Below, piece by piece: positions 26,878 to 39,099 of a stretch of DNA of 64,000 bases. The stretch's first letter is position 1; each line of letters opens with the position of its first letter. The notes under the pieces were generated by a model. That model searched no databases. It had not been told where the DNA came from and saw nothing but the letters and a program-made list of their open reading frames with translations. A program made the translations under genes and the position numbers. This stretch comes from Octopus sinensis (taxonomy: Eukaryota), in assembly GCF_006345805.1 (NCBI RefSeq), contig NW_021836152.1:186001-250000 (forward strand), given 5' to 3'.

Positions 26878-28167
26878 CGAGGGACGTTCAATAAGTAATG
26901 CCTCTGACCCACTTGCAGTTGTTAGATCTAGCTGAAATTTTGCATGTGCAATCATTTATATCTCTATAGAGTAAGTGGCAAATTACAGCTCTGAATTAAT
27001 TGTGGTTTCTGATTTACAGGTGTTTGAACCGAGTCAAGTGTGAAATGGAGTCTGTTGAGTGTCGAGCAGTGATCCGGTTTTTGTATTTGAAAGGACGCAC
27101 ACCACGGGAGACTTTTGATGAAATGAAAGTAACTGATGGTGATGATGCCCCATCATATGACCTTGTAAAACGCTGGCATCGTGAATTCAAACATGGTCGG
27201 AACTCTGTGGAAACAGCTCCCAGATCTGGTCGCCCCCTTCTGCCATTGATGAGGCATCTGTCCGTCAAGTTGTGGCTGCCATTTTGGAAGATCGACGCAT
27301 AATTATTCGCCAAATAGCCCATGAGGTCAAGATTAGTACCGGGTCTGTGGAAACTATCATTCATGACCATTTGCATATGCAAAAGGTGTCTGCCAGATGG
27401 ATTCCCAGGTTGCTCACGCCTTTCCAGAAGCAAGAACGCGTCGAGTGCTCGTGGGTGAATTTGGAGATGTGCCAAGAAGATGAGTCAAAATTATTCAAAA
27501 GATTGATTACAGAGGATGAAACGTGGGTCCATCACGATGATCCAGAGACCAAAGCCCAGTCAATGCAGTGGAAGCACCGTGACTCACCCCCTCCAAAGAA
27601 GGCAAGGGTGCAGCCCTCCGCTGGCAAGGTCATGCTCACAGTCTTCTGGGACCAGGACGGAGTAGTGATGACAGATTTCCTGGCAAAGGGTACCACAATT
27701 GCAGGAGCCTATTATGCTTCACTTTTGATGAAATTAAGAGAAGCTATCAAAATCAAGAGGCGGGCAAGATCAGCAAAGGCATCCTCCTCCTGCAGGACAA
27801 CGCTCCGGTCCACAACTCGCTTGTCGCCAGATCAGAAGCACAGGCGTATGGCTATGAACTCCTCCCCATCCCCCCTACTTTCCTGACCTTGCACCCTCTG
27901 ATTTTCACCTCTTCCCAATCATGAAGTTGTTTTTGAAAGGAAAGCGTTTCCCAGATGATGCAGCCTTGATTTCTGAAGTCACGTTGAGGTTAGAGGACCA
28001 AGCTGGGTTCTTCTACAAAAACGGTCTCCAGAGCCGCATCAAACGATGGCAGAAATGCGTAACTCTGGGTGGTTCCTATGTAGAAAAAGACTAATAACTG
28101 TGCCAAGTTTCGTTGCTCTACTGCTATGGGAAGTGGGTCAGGGGCATTACTTATTGAACGCCCCTCG
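26878..28167 (+). mobile_element. Complete mariner (Tc1/mariner) DNA transposon, defective transposase
   Basis: TIRs cgagggacgttcaataagtaatgcctctgaccc / gggtcaggggcattacttattgaacgcccctcg; TA on both sides; 1290 bp. Confidence 0.95.
27045..28094 (+). pseudogene. Mariner transposase (D,D34D) with two frameshifts
   Basis: MESVECRAVIRFL..., WIPRLLT, ITEDETWVH, LLQDNAPVH, HPPYFPDLAPSDFHLF. Confidence 0.93.
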
Positions 28168-28179
28168 TATATATATATA

Positions 28180-28252
<73 letters not shown>

Positions 28253-28297
28253 GTGTATATATATATGTGTATGTATATATATGTGTATATATATATA

Positions 28298-29740
28298 ATC
28301 TTAAAGAAATATTTTTAACTAAATTATCTGTTATAGTTTTTGCGTGGTTAGAGAAAACACTGACATATTTTAGGTTTGTGGAAGGTTTATGGTAGGGGCA
28401 GTAAGAATTGCTATGCAGATTTAGTGTAACATCTAAGAAATTGGCCTTAGTTAGTTCGTTGTCGAAAACTATGTTCATGCCCATCCTACTAAAGAACCTA
28501 GCTAATCTATTTTTAGTTTTCTGTATCATTCTGTTCAGGGCATTCTGTAGGTAAAACAGACAATCGTCACGATATAGACCGCCGCAGATGTCCGGGAATT
28601 GGTCGGATAATTCATAGACAATATAGATTCCGACCAAATCGGCTATCTGGGCGCTATCTGAGCTTCCCATTGGCACATCAAACTCGTTGGGAGTATCCTT
28701 ACGGACCCATAACTTATCTTCAAACTGTATAAAGGATTTTCTAGCCACTAGAATTATATTAATTTCCTCCCTTGTGAGGCCTGCCTTATTATGCGCATGC
28801 CATAGGGCCTTATTGAGTACACTAGGGTTTATCGAGGGATAGAAATTAGCAATATCGAACTGAATGAACTTAGTTCTGTTTTTATTAGAAATGGAAGAAA
28901 ACCAATTTACGACTTGCGAGGAGCTCGCCAAAGGTTAAGCTTAAGCTTATTAATTAATCTAGGTATGTATTTGTCTAAAATGTACTTACTGATGGAACCG
29001 ATGTCGGAACTAGAAGGGCATATGAGCCTTAATGCTGGATTGGTGTGAAAATTTGGTTTGTGGTCCTTAACGATGAATCTAGGTTGCCTTGGGTTAAGCG
29101 GTTGTGTTTTCATTTGAAGCCCATAATTTACCATAATTTCCTTAATCTCCAAATTGACTCTTCTAAGTGTATTCTTATTTGTAGTTCTGTAATTCTTCTG
29201 GATTTCTTTCTTGAGTAGTTCTAAATACTGGTTTATAGGTAGCTTGTAAGTATTCCTTGTTTTATCAGATTGGACCAGGCTTCCGTCTGAGCTGTTAATA
29301 TCCTTAGTGATTTTCCTGAGGTATCTAAGGTGTTCATTCCTAAGGGGCGACTTCCGGAATTTAATGCTCCTTACAATGTCCCATAAGTCGTCCTCAAATT
29401 TCTTCAGTCTGGGATTAGGTGGGGGTGTCTCCCTCGACTTGAAGAGCTCCTTATATTCGGATGATGTTACGGTCCCGTTCTGTTTTAAATCCTCGTTATC
29501 ATGGAAGAAAGCGAGCCATCTCATTCGGTTGATGAATGCATTTGTTTTGCAGACAATTTCCTTAAGGAAAGTTTCCTTTGGTGGTTTAGGTATGTCCTTA
29601 AGGGACGCGTTAATCTCGGACGCACGGAGTTTATGCCCTATGGTCGTAATTTCAACCGTGCTTTTTCTGTTGTGAGTTTGCTACTCAGGTATCGGTTATC
29701 TTTCGAATTATCCGTAATAAGATAATTCATTTGTCTACTT
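28298..29740 (-). mobile_element. Penelope-like element, N-terminus plus RT, truncated before the endonuclease
   Basis: SLKDIPKPPKETFL..RMRWLAFF, SDKTRN.Y, KDHKPNF..RLICP, FDIANFYPSI, FDVPMGSSDSAQIADLVG, GLYRDDCL, NFLDVTL; frameshift near 28920; cut off by (TA)n at 28298. Confidence 0.88.
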
Positions 29741-30007
29741 AAATACTCATATACAGCTTCGCTAAGAACCTGCTACCTTAACCGATACCGCAAACGTTGG
29801 GGATGCAAATCCTCATAGTCGTGTACAACAGAGCGAGGCACCAAAACAAAATCGAAGCGTCCATCCCGTTTTTCACTCGATGTAGAATGAGGAGATTTGA
29901 TGTTGAGAATGAGAGGGAAAGTTAACTAAGGGTAGAAATTGATATTAATCAACCATTGGCTTAGCGTATTTTTTAAAAATCCGAAGATTAAAAAGTATTT
30001 TTACATA

Positions 30008-30367
30008 CAAAATTTAGAGAATTGACCACTAAAAGTGGACAGCCTATATACTAAACATAGAGGTCAAATCGCCATTTACCACGAAGAACGTGTTCTCAAG
30101 AAAAATCTCAGCAAAAAGCCGAAGTGTAAAAATAAGCAAAGATACATGAAAATATTCGAAATACGTACATATTAACAAGTGAAACCAATTGGGACATAGG
30201 TAATCGTTTTTTATTTCGTATATTTTCATGTGTCTTTGCTTATTTTTACACATTGGCTTTTTGCTGAGATTTTTCTTGAGAACACATTCTTCGTGGTAAA
30301 TGGCGATTTGACGTCTATGTTTAGCATATAGGCTGTCCACTTTTAGTGGTCAGTCCTCTACATTTTG
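30008..30367. repeat. 360-bp foldback: about 160-bp inverted arms, TA-flanked
   Basis: caaaatttagagaattgaccactaaaagtgg... versus ...ccacttttagtggtcagtcctctacattttg; about 45-nt spacer. Confidence 0.9.
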
Positions 30368-30454
30368 TATATATATATGTATATATATATACATATATAT
30401 ATACACATATATATATATACATATATATATATACACATATATATACATACACAC

Positions 30455-30509
<55 letters not shown>

Positions 30510-30651
30510 CATATATATATGTACATATACATATATATATACACACATATATATACATATATACATACATACATATATATATACATACATACTTATATAC
30601 ATACATATATACATACATATATACATACATATATACAGAGATGCTCTGTCT

Positions 30652-31030
30652 TGGTAGGGTCCCGGGTTTTCCGAAGAGTTTGAGCGACGGCAGATGATCC
30701 GTAACAACTGGTGTCAGAAGTAGAATTGTCCTGATTGCTGCGGTCGATTGGCTGTTCGCTATGGATTCGGTGGAGGCACGAACTGGTAGCCAGACTGGAG
30801 AGGAAGAGATCTTGCTTGCCTTGATTATAGGGATGTTGAGGGGCCAGATTACGCAGACAAACGCATTCTTGGAAAGGATGGATAAGAGGCGACAGGGCCT
30901 AGGGGCAGATCAGCAAGAACTTGAAGTTGCGGATGGGTCAGCTTTGAAGGATCGGTGTTGGACCGGGGATAGGGACGGTCCTGTAGGTGACTTGCGATTT
31001 TGCAGACTTCGAAACATATGTCGAAAATAA
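30652..31030 (+). mobile_element. Gypsy-like 5' LTR end, primer-binding site and degenerate gag start
   Basis: ...ccgtaaCA-ac-TGGTGTCAGAAGT (complementary to a tRNA-Leu-type 3' end) followed by ORF 30761-31030. Confidence 0.7.
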
Positions 31031-31078
31031 AATAAAGGAACTTTGTTAAATCTTCGTTCAGCTCCATTCTTTCCTATA

Positions 31079-31173
<95 letters not shown>

Positions 31174-31194
31174 CAAAATGTGACCCCGTGTGTA

Positions 31195-31381
31195 CCGTTG
31201 GCGATTTTTTTCTTCTGTCTTCCCTTCTCTGGATCTTTCCTTCTCCTATGTTTCCGACGAAGAGCTCCGCTTGAAACGTTAAACCCTCCTTCTTCTCTTC
31301 CTTCCTGAGCGTCCAATAATACTATATTTGTTCCACGTCCTCGCGTTGTTGTGTTTTTTGTGCTTTCTTGTTTGGATTAAC
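31195..31381 (+). mobile_element. About 190-bp TA-associated repeat with variant minimal hammerhead motif (31250-31284)
   Basis: gttt-CCGACGA-aGAGC tcc GCTT-GAA-ACGT-T-aaac; second copy at 24272. Confidence 0.7.
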
Positions 31382-31389
31382 TATATATA

Positions 31390-31440
<51 letters not shown>

Positions 31441-31620
31441 TAAGTAATTAGGGTTCAGCAACGATTTGCCTCACCACACACCGAATTTAAAAATAGCAGT
31501 CAAAAAGTCTTGGCTATTCTTTCTACTTTAAAGGGAGATCCCAGTAAAACCAAAGCACTTAAAAACAAACGACGCAGGTAAGAGAGAAAGAAATGACGAA
31601 AATCATTCTATATTAAGTTG

Positions 31621-31711
31621 CCTATGGACGCGCGTTTCGGAATTAAGCCAGTATAGAGCATAAAAAATAAATAATTATACCTTACCTGACTATTTTCCTC
31701 ATCAGCGTAGG
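31621..31711 (-). ncRNA. Type I hammerhead ribozyme motif, intact core
   Basis: cctacg-CTGATGA-GGAA..(about 50 nt)..TTCC-GAA-ACGCGCGT-C-catagg; palindromic stem III; GUC triplet; one mismatch in stem I. Confidence 0.75.
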
Positions 31712-32075
31712 ATTCTTCAATTATAAATAATTGCGTCTCAATTATTAATAATTGTGTATTAAATTTCAAGGCACTAGAAAATATCACTTCAACTCATGGT
31801 ATCAGAGAGAACGTATACCCTGCTAGTACCGCCAAATTCAAAAAGTGAATGAAAGTAAGTCACTCTCCCCTGTCCACCAGCGTGTTGCCAAGACTTTTTG
31901 TCTGCTATTTCTAAATTCGGTGCTGAACTCTAATTATAGTATTACTTAAACTTACCTTGAATAGGTCTTTTGCATGCCGAATTCTACTTGGTGAAATTAC
32001 TGATTACTTCTTAATTAATTAATTTCACCCTTTGTTATTATTTATATATGTATATATATATATATTCATATATAT

Positions 32076-32178
<103 letters not shown>

Positions 32179-32662
32179 CGCTCATATAACAATATACGCA
32201 TGTGCACATGTATGTACATGTGTGTCCACCCTAAAATCGATGCTGACACAACACTGGAACTGGACAGCATCCGTCTCCAGTGTGAAACGCAACAGAATTG
32301 AAAAGCATCGATATTGTAAAATTTAAATGAAGTAGCCAGACAGGTGTATTTACACACACACACACACAACTCTCTCACGGATACACGTACAAACACATGT
32401 TTATTTGTATGCATTTATATATTTGTGGTGGTTGCAGTTGATGTTTCTGTGTGCGATGGACACTTGCATATACCTGTGATGGTAGTCGTTGACAATCTTG
32501 TTTGAGCAGGTGTTCTCACCTGCGGTCTTTTACCTGACAATGGATCCATTTGATGTCAATGGCCCTTTGTTGTTCTACTTTTCACCTCTCAGGTGATTCT
32601 ATCAAATGGATATGATCTGCATAATGCCGTTTGCATAATGCCGTTTGCATAATGCCAAATCT

Positions 32663-33091
32663 GCATTATGCAGTTCATATCCATTTGATAGAATCACCTG
32701 TCAAAGTAATTGTGCAGTATGTTCGACAAACCCACATGTGAACTGCAAAACCAAGGGCACTGTATACCAAATTGAGTGCCAAGAAGGAGCTTGCGAGACT
32801 AACCCAGAGTCATACATAGGTGAGACTTCTAGAAGTATCAATGATAGGTTCAAAGAACACCTGGACAACTACATTGAAAGGAAGCCAAACTCCATCTTCT
32901 ACCAACATGCTGTGGACTGCCACGGGGGATCCTCAGGGAAACTTAAGTTGAACATCCTATCAACACATCCCACCGATGCAATGTTGAGACAGGTCACAGA
33001 AGCTGTTTGTATACAAGAATACAAACCTACTCTCAACCGAAAATCCGAATGGTGTAACATCCAGATCCCATTCAGGAGGACCATTCTATAA
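32663..33091 (+). mobile_element. Penelope-like GIY-YIG endonuclease 3' fragment
   Basis: C..C...C.TKGTVYQIEC...YIGETSRS...RFKEH...HAVDCH...R.VTEAVCI...PTLNRKSEW. Confidence 0.88.
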
Positions 33092-33664
33092 CCACCTCTC
33101 TCTCTCCCTCGTTTACATGTAATCCTTACATACATGTTGCAATGCGTGGTGCTAAGACACTTATGTGCAGTTATATATAACCGTATGAGCGTACGTTGTT
33201 CGATACGTATGTGCGTGTGTGGTGCTATAAGAAAAATGCACATGCATGCACTTATGAGCATGTATGGATGTATGTATGTATTGTATATGTATGCGCTTAT
33301 GCATATATAAAAAAAAGAAAAAAGAAAAAAGAAAAAGAGCAGATAGGTTAATATAATGCATGTTCGATTTTTAACCGTTGCCCTTGTATACTGTGTCGTA
33401 TTTTGTGTGTGTGTGTGTGTATGTTTATGCATGTGTGTGCGTGTGTGTGTGCGTGTGTGTGTGTGCATGTGTGTAATAGGACATATGTATGTAGAAGTGG
33501 ATAAGTATATATGAGTATATAATTTAAGATTATATGTATATTTATGAGTGTGTCTATATGATTGTGTGTTCTTGCGTATATGTATATGGTTATATATGCA
33601 CAGTTGCACCTAAATGTTGTATCCATTCACAGTTAGACGATGATGAGAGGAACAAACACACACC

Positions 33665-33728
<64 letters not shown>

Positions 33729-33779
33729 CGTCTATACAAACATATATGTGTGTATATAGACAACCTTCAACAAAGTGAC

Positions 33780-33875
33780 GGCGAGCTGGCAGAAACGTTA
33801 GCACGCCGGGCGAAATGCGTAGCCGTATTTCGTCTGTCGTTACGTTCCGAGTTCAAATTCCGCCGAGGTCGACTT
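33780..33875 (+). mobile_element. tRNA-derived SINE head (truncated)
   Basis: A-box-like TGGCAGAAACGTTAG and B-box-like GAGTTCAAATTCC; same family as 58638-58848. Confidence 0.8.
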
Positions 33876-36800
33876 CAGGGAGTGACGACCCTGCCTGACA
33901 CGAGTTCCGGGCTCAGCTGGCTGACAGTACCCGGTATGGGCCCCTATCCAGGGTTACGGAAAGGAGACAACCTTCAAAGAAATCCGGAGTGGAGCCCCGA
34001 AGGCGGTCTAGTGTTCGACTCGACACTCTTCCGGCAGCTCCTGCAACCAAGCTGGTGCCAAACGTAATGCACTGCACTCCTTTGGACTACATCAGCAAGG
34101 TCGAGAGAGAAAACCTGACGATTGGGCTACCCAGGACTTTCTTATCTCTAGCCCAGGCCTGCGCAAAACTGGAGAGGACACTTCAGTGCTGCTGTAAAAA
34201 GCTGCAGAAACAACACGGGAGGTAACAGTCACGAGTGATAAGTCCATTCAGATTGGCGTAAAATATGGGCGTTACGGGTTACCTCTGACGGTGGGAGGGA
34301 CCTCCGTGTCCTATTGGTTAGCTCCTGCCCACCTCAAGCTGCGCAACCTCCAGTTAATAAGGTGATGACCCGCCACAGGCCGCCTGCTTCATTGGGTGCT
34401 TGGAGCTAAGAGTATGACTTGAAAAGCGGCCTGCAACCTCTGCAGCAGGCAAACAACTAAAAGTCAAGAAAACACCAGTCCTGCGGTTGGCAAGCTGGAA
34501 TGTCAGGACCATGTGCCCTGGAATATCTGATGATCTACTCAGGGTTGAAGACACAAGGAAAACGGCCATCATTGACCGTGAACTAAAGAGGCTCAACATA
34601 GACATTGCTGGGCTACAGGAGATAAGACTTCCCTCAAACGGCAAACTCAAAGAGCAGGATTTCACCTTCTTTTGGCAGGGAAGAGATCCAGAAGAACCTC
34701 GTCAACATGGCGTTGGCTTTGCAGTGAGAAACTCACTACTCTCCTCAATAGAGCCACCATCGGGGGGCACTGAGCGTATCCTCTCACTGCGCCTCTCGAC
34801 TTCTTCTGGCTCAGTACATCTACTCAGCATCTATGCTCCCACTCTCTACAGCTCAGAGGAGACCAAGGACCAGTTCTACAAAGATCTCAACTGTGTCATA
34901 GAAAATATACCAACGACTGAAAATATTTACCTTCTAGGGGATTTTAACGCTCGCGTGGGATCTGACCATGATTCGTGGCCCATTTGTGTTGGACACTTTG
35001 GTATTGGCAACATGAATGACAATGGTCAGAGACTACTCGAATTCTGCACATACCACAACCTGTGCATCACAAACACATTCTTTACCAACAAGCCATCCCA
35101 CAAGGCATCTTGGAGACATCCAAGATCTCACCACTGGCATCAGCTGGATCTCATCATTACACGGAGATCCTTTCTGAATTCTACTCTATTGACCCGCAGT
35201 TACCACAGCGCAGATTGTGACACAGACCACTCACTAATTAGAAGTAGGGTGAGGATTCTACCTAAAAAAAAGTCCATCGCTCCAAGAAAGTGGGCCGACT
35301 ACGCATTAACACTGCCAGAACCTCAGACCCTACACTGCGAAAATGTTTTGCTGCTTCTATCAAGGTTGCCCTCAGTGGCTGCCCAACCTCCTCTGCTGAA
35401 AGTAGGTGGAACTATATCAGGGAAGCCTTGTATACGACATCAATAGATACTTTCGGCATGAGAGAAAGGCAAAACCCAGATTGGTTCAATGCTGGGCTTT
35501 CAGAGCTGGAGCCAGTTATCGAAGCAAAGCGTGCAGCTCTGATGCAATACAAGAGTGACTCTTCTACAAAGTCACTCGAAGAACTCAGAAAGGCACGAAA
35601 TAAAATCCAACTGACAGCCAGACGCTGTGCAAATATGTACTGGTAGGAAATCTGTCAGAGTATCCAGTCAGCTGCTGACAGGGGCGACACCCGTGGGATG
35701 TATGCCGGTTTGAAGAAGGCCCTCGGTCCATCCGCAACCAAGTCAGCCCCTCTGAAATCAACTACTGGAAATTTCATCAGGGATCAAAGCAAGCAAATGG
35801 ATAGATGGGTGGAGCACTACCAGGATCTCTACTCACGGGAGACTACAGTGGCTGAGGCTGCAGTCGAGAGTGTCAAGATCTTGCCAGTCATGTGCGAACT
35901 TGACAGTCCGCCATCTATAGCAGAGCTCATCAAGGCTGTTGACTCCCTAGCAAGAAACAAGGCTCCGGGAAAAGACGGCATCCCCTCAGAGATCATCAAA
36001 GCCGGCAAAAACACCATCCTGCTTCGGCACCTTCATGAGCTTCTGTGTCAGTGCTGGGAAGAGGGTACAGTCCCTCAGGATATGCGGGATGCTAACATCA
36101 TTACACTTTACAAACACAAAGGTGACCGTGGTGATTGTAACAATTACCGTGGAATATCTCTTCTAAGCACTGTTGGAAAGACCTTTGCCCGCGTTATCCT
36201 GGCCAGGCTACAACTACTTGCTTCTCGAATCTATCCGGAATCGCAGTGTGGCTTTAGAAGAAGCAGATCAACTATCGATATGATATTCTCCATACGCCAA
36301 CTTCAGGAGAAGTCCAGAGAGCAGAGAATGCCATTATATATGGCCTTCATTGATCTAACAAAGGCCTTTGACTCGGTAAGCAGAACAGGCCTCTTCACCC
36401 TGCTCCAAAAACTCGGATGTCCACCAAAGCTGCTGAGGATCATCAAGTCTTTCCATGATGACATGCAAGGTACCATACAGCACAACGGTTCAACATCAGC
36501 CGCCTTCCAAATAAAAAACGGGGTAAAGCAAGGTTGTGTCCTCGCTCCTACATTGTTTGGCATCTTCTTCTCGCTCTTACTTTCACATGCCTTTCAGACA
36601 TCAATTGATGGAGTGTTTCTGCACAGTAGAAGTGACGGGAAACTGTTCAATCTCTCGCGCCTGCGTGCCAAGACCAAAATCAGAAACGTCCTGATCAAGG
36701 AGATGCTATTTGCTGATGATGCCGCTCTGGTATCACACACAGAAGAAGCCCTCCAAAGGCTCATTAACTGTTTTGAGCAAGCATGTAAAGACTTTGGCTT

Positions 36801-37726
36801 AGCTATCAGCCTTAAGAAGACCAACATCATGGGTCAGGCTACATCGGACATCCCAAACATACATATTGGAGACCACAGATTACAAGAGGTGGAGAAGTTT
36901 ACCTATCTGGGCTCTACCGTCACCTACAACCTATCCCTCGACGCTGAGCTCAATATACGCATTGGCAAGGCAGCTGCTGCGATGGCCCAACTCTCCAAAC
37001 GGGCTTGGGACAACAATAAGCTGACCAAGACCACGAAAATGAAGATCTACCAGGCATGTGTACATAGCACTATACTGTATGGAAGTGAGACTTGGACGCT
37101 ATACACACGCCAAGAGCGTCGCCTAAACATCTTTCACCTGCGCTGCCTCCGGAAAATCCTCCGCATCAAATGGCAGAACCATATCCCCAACAAAGATGTC
37201 CTCAGGCAAGCAGGAATACCAAGCATGTTTGCACTCCTCACACAAAGACGTATGAGATGGCTTGGGCATGTTAGCCGTATGAAAGATGGCAGAATCCCCA
37301 AGGACATACTCTACGGAGAGCTTGCTAGGGGTACTAGGTCTGTGGGTAGACCGATCTTACGTTACAAGGATGTTTGCAAAAGGGACATGAAGGCCTGCAA
37401 CATCAATATTAGCGGTTGGGAGGCAGTTGCCGGCAACCGTGGAGAATGGAGACGTACCGTAAAAGAGGGAATACAAAGGAGTGACAGAGAGAGAGAGAGA
37501 GGAGAAATGGAAAGAAAGGAAGAGACGTAAACAAGAGACTATGGCATTACAACCAGCCAGGAACAGTCTTCGCTATATTTGCGGTACCTGCCAGAGGGAG
37601 TGTTTGTCCAGGATAGGACTACACAGCCACAGCAGGAAATGTATCAGGACATGAAATGTAAAAGCCGGACTAGACTACTTTATGCGCAACTCCATTGTCT
37701 CCCGAGACAAAAAGGATGCCAACCAA
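33876..37726 (+). mobile_element. Near full-length RTE-clade LINE (APE, RT, C-terminal C2H2), disrupted
   Basis: ASWNVRT, GLQEIR, LGDFNARVG, DCDTDH (APE); NYRGISLL, FIDLTKAFDSV, GVKQGCVLAP, LFADD (RT); CGTCQRECLSRIGLHSHSRKC; frameshift near 35270, stop 35644, GA expansion near 37490; terminus gtctcccgagacaaaaaggatgccaaccaa. Confidence 0.95.
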
Positions 37727-37890
37727 TATATATATATATATATATATATATAGCAAAATTTAGGAACGGCCATAATAGGCCGTTCAACCCACTAGAAATA
37801 GCAGCCAAGGCTTCAACCGCAAAACAATATTAATTCCGTAAACTAGGAGAAAATTTTTAAAAACATTTATTTTTTGCCACCCTATATTGA

Positions 37891-38254
<364 letters not shown>

Positions 38255-38430
38255 TATATATATATATATAATTAGATAAAAAAACACCTTTTATCAATTC
38301 AAAATGAACAATTAAATTACACCAGAAAACTACATATAATAGAAATATTAAATATAAAATAACAATTAATATACCGATGATTCAGTAAATTGCAAAATAA
38401 TAATAAATAAGACGTATATATTTGGTAGAA

Positions 38431-38534
38431 TAACGACACGTGTTTCGTGGCTATATTTAAGAAATGATTATAGTAAAATAATTAATAGTAGTAGTAAAAT
38501 CACTTCGATATAAATATAGCCACTCATCAGGTTA
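38431..38534 (-). ncRNA. Type I hammerhead ribozyme motif, intact core
   Basis: taac-CTGATGA-GTGGCTATATTTA..TAAATATAGCCAC-GAA-ACACGTGT-C-gtta; 13-bp perfect stem II, palindromic stem III, GUC triplet. Confidence 0.82.
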
Positions 38535-39099
38535 AAAATAAAATAAAATAATAAAATATTTAATTAATAAATATACGTAAATAATCTTTTAAAATATAAA
38601 TATTTTCTTTAAAATACATATATATATTCTTACCTTTTCGTTTCACTCTGCCTGCAATCATCACAGATTTTGCATGGTCGCTGAAGTGAAGGCAAGTGGC
38701 TTAGAGGTTAGGGGTATTCGGCTTAGATTTGGGGTGATATATTAAAATCGGCTGGGGTGGGAGAGAGACGAATTTCTGAGTACCCTTAATTTTTATATGA
38801 GTGACAACACACAACTTTGATATACTTGCTGTTATTTCTAGCATCACGTAGGACTACCAATTGGATAATATTCCTCCGGATGCTTCTTAAATTCTCCTTT
38901 AATCCTTCAAGAAAAGCAATACAAAATGCTAAACTATAATTTTTAGCATATTATCCGACAATATATTAGATAGACGCTTCCTCAAGTGTTCTGCTTTTAT
39001 AAAAAAAAACAAAAAAACTTCAGGAATTTCAAGGTGTTTGCTTGCTGTTTCATGAATGATGCGAGACAATAGAGAGGTGAGATTATTTTATAAAAGTCA

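Noticed and set aside
33780-33875. tRNA gene
   Set aside because: A/B boxes present but no cloverleaf; second copy at 58638-58848 has a SINE body
37762-37785. 8-bp hairpin gaacggcc-ataata-ggccgttc as a terminator
   Set aside because: Eukaryotic context, no U-tract; probably part of a repeat
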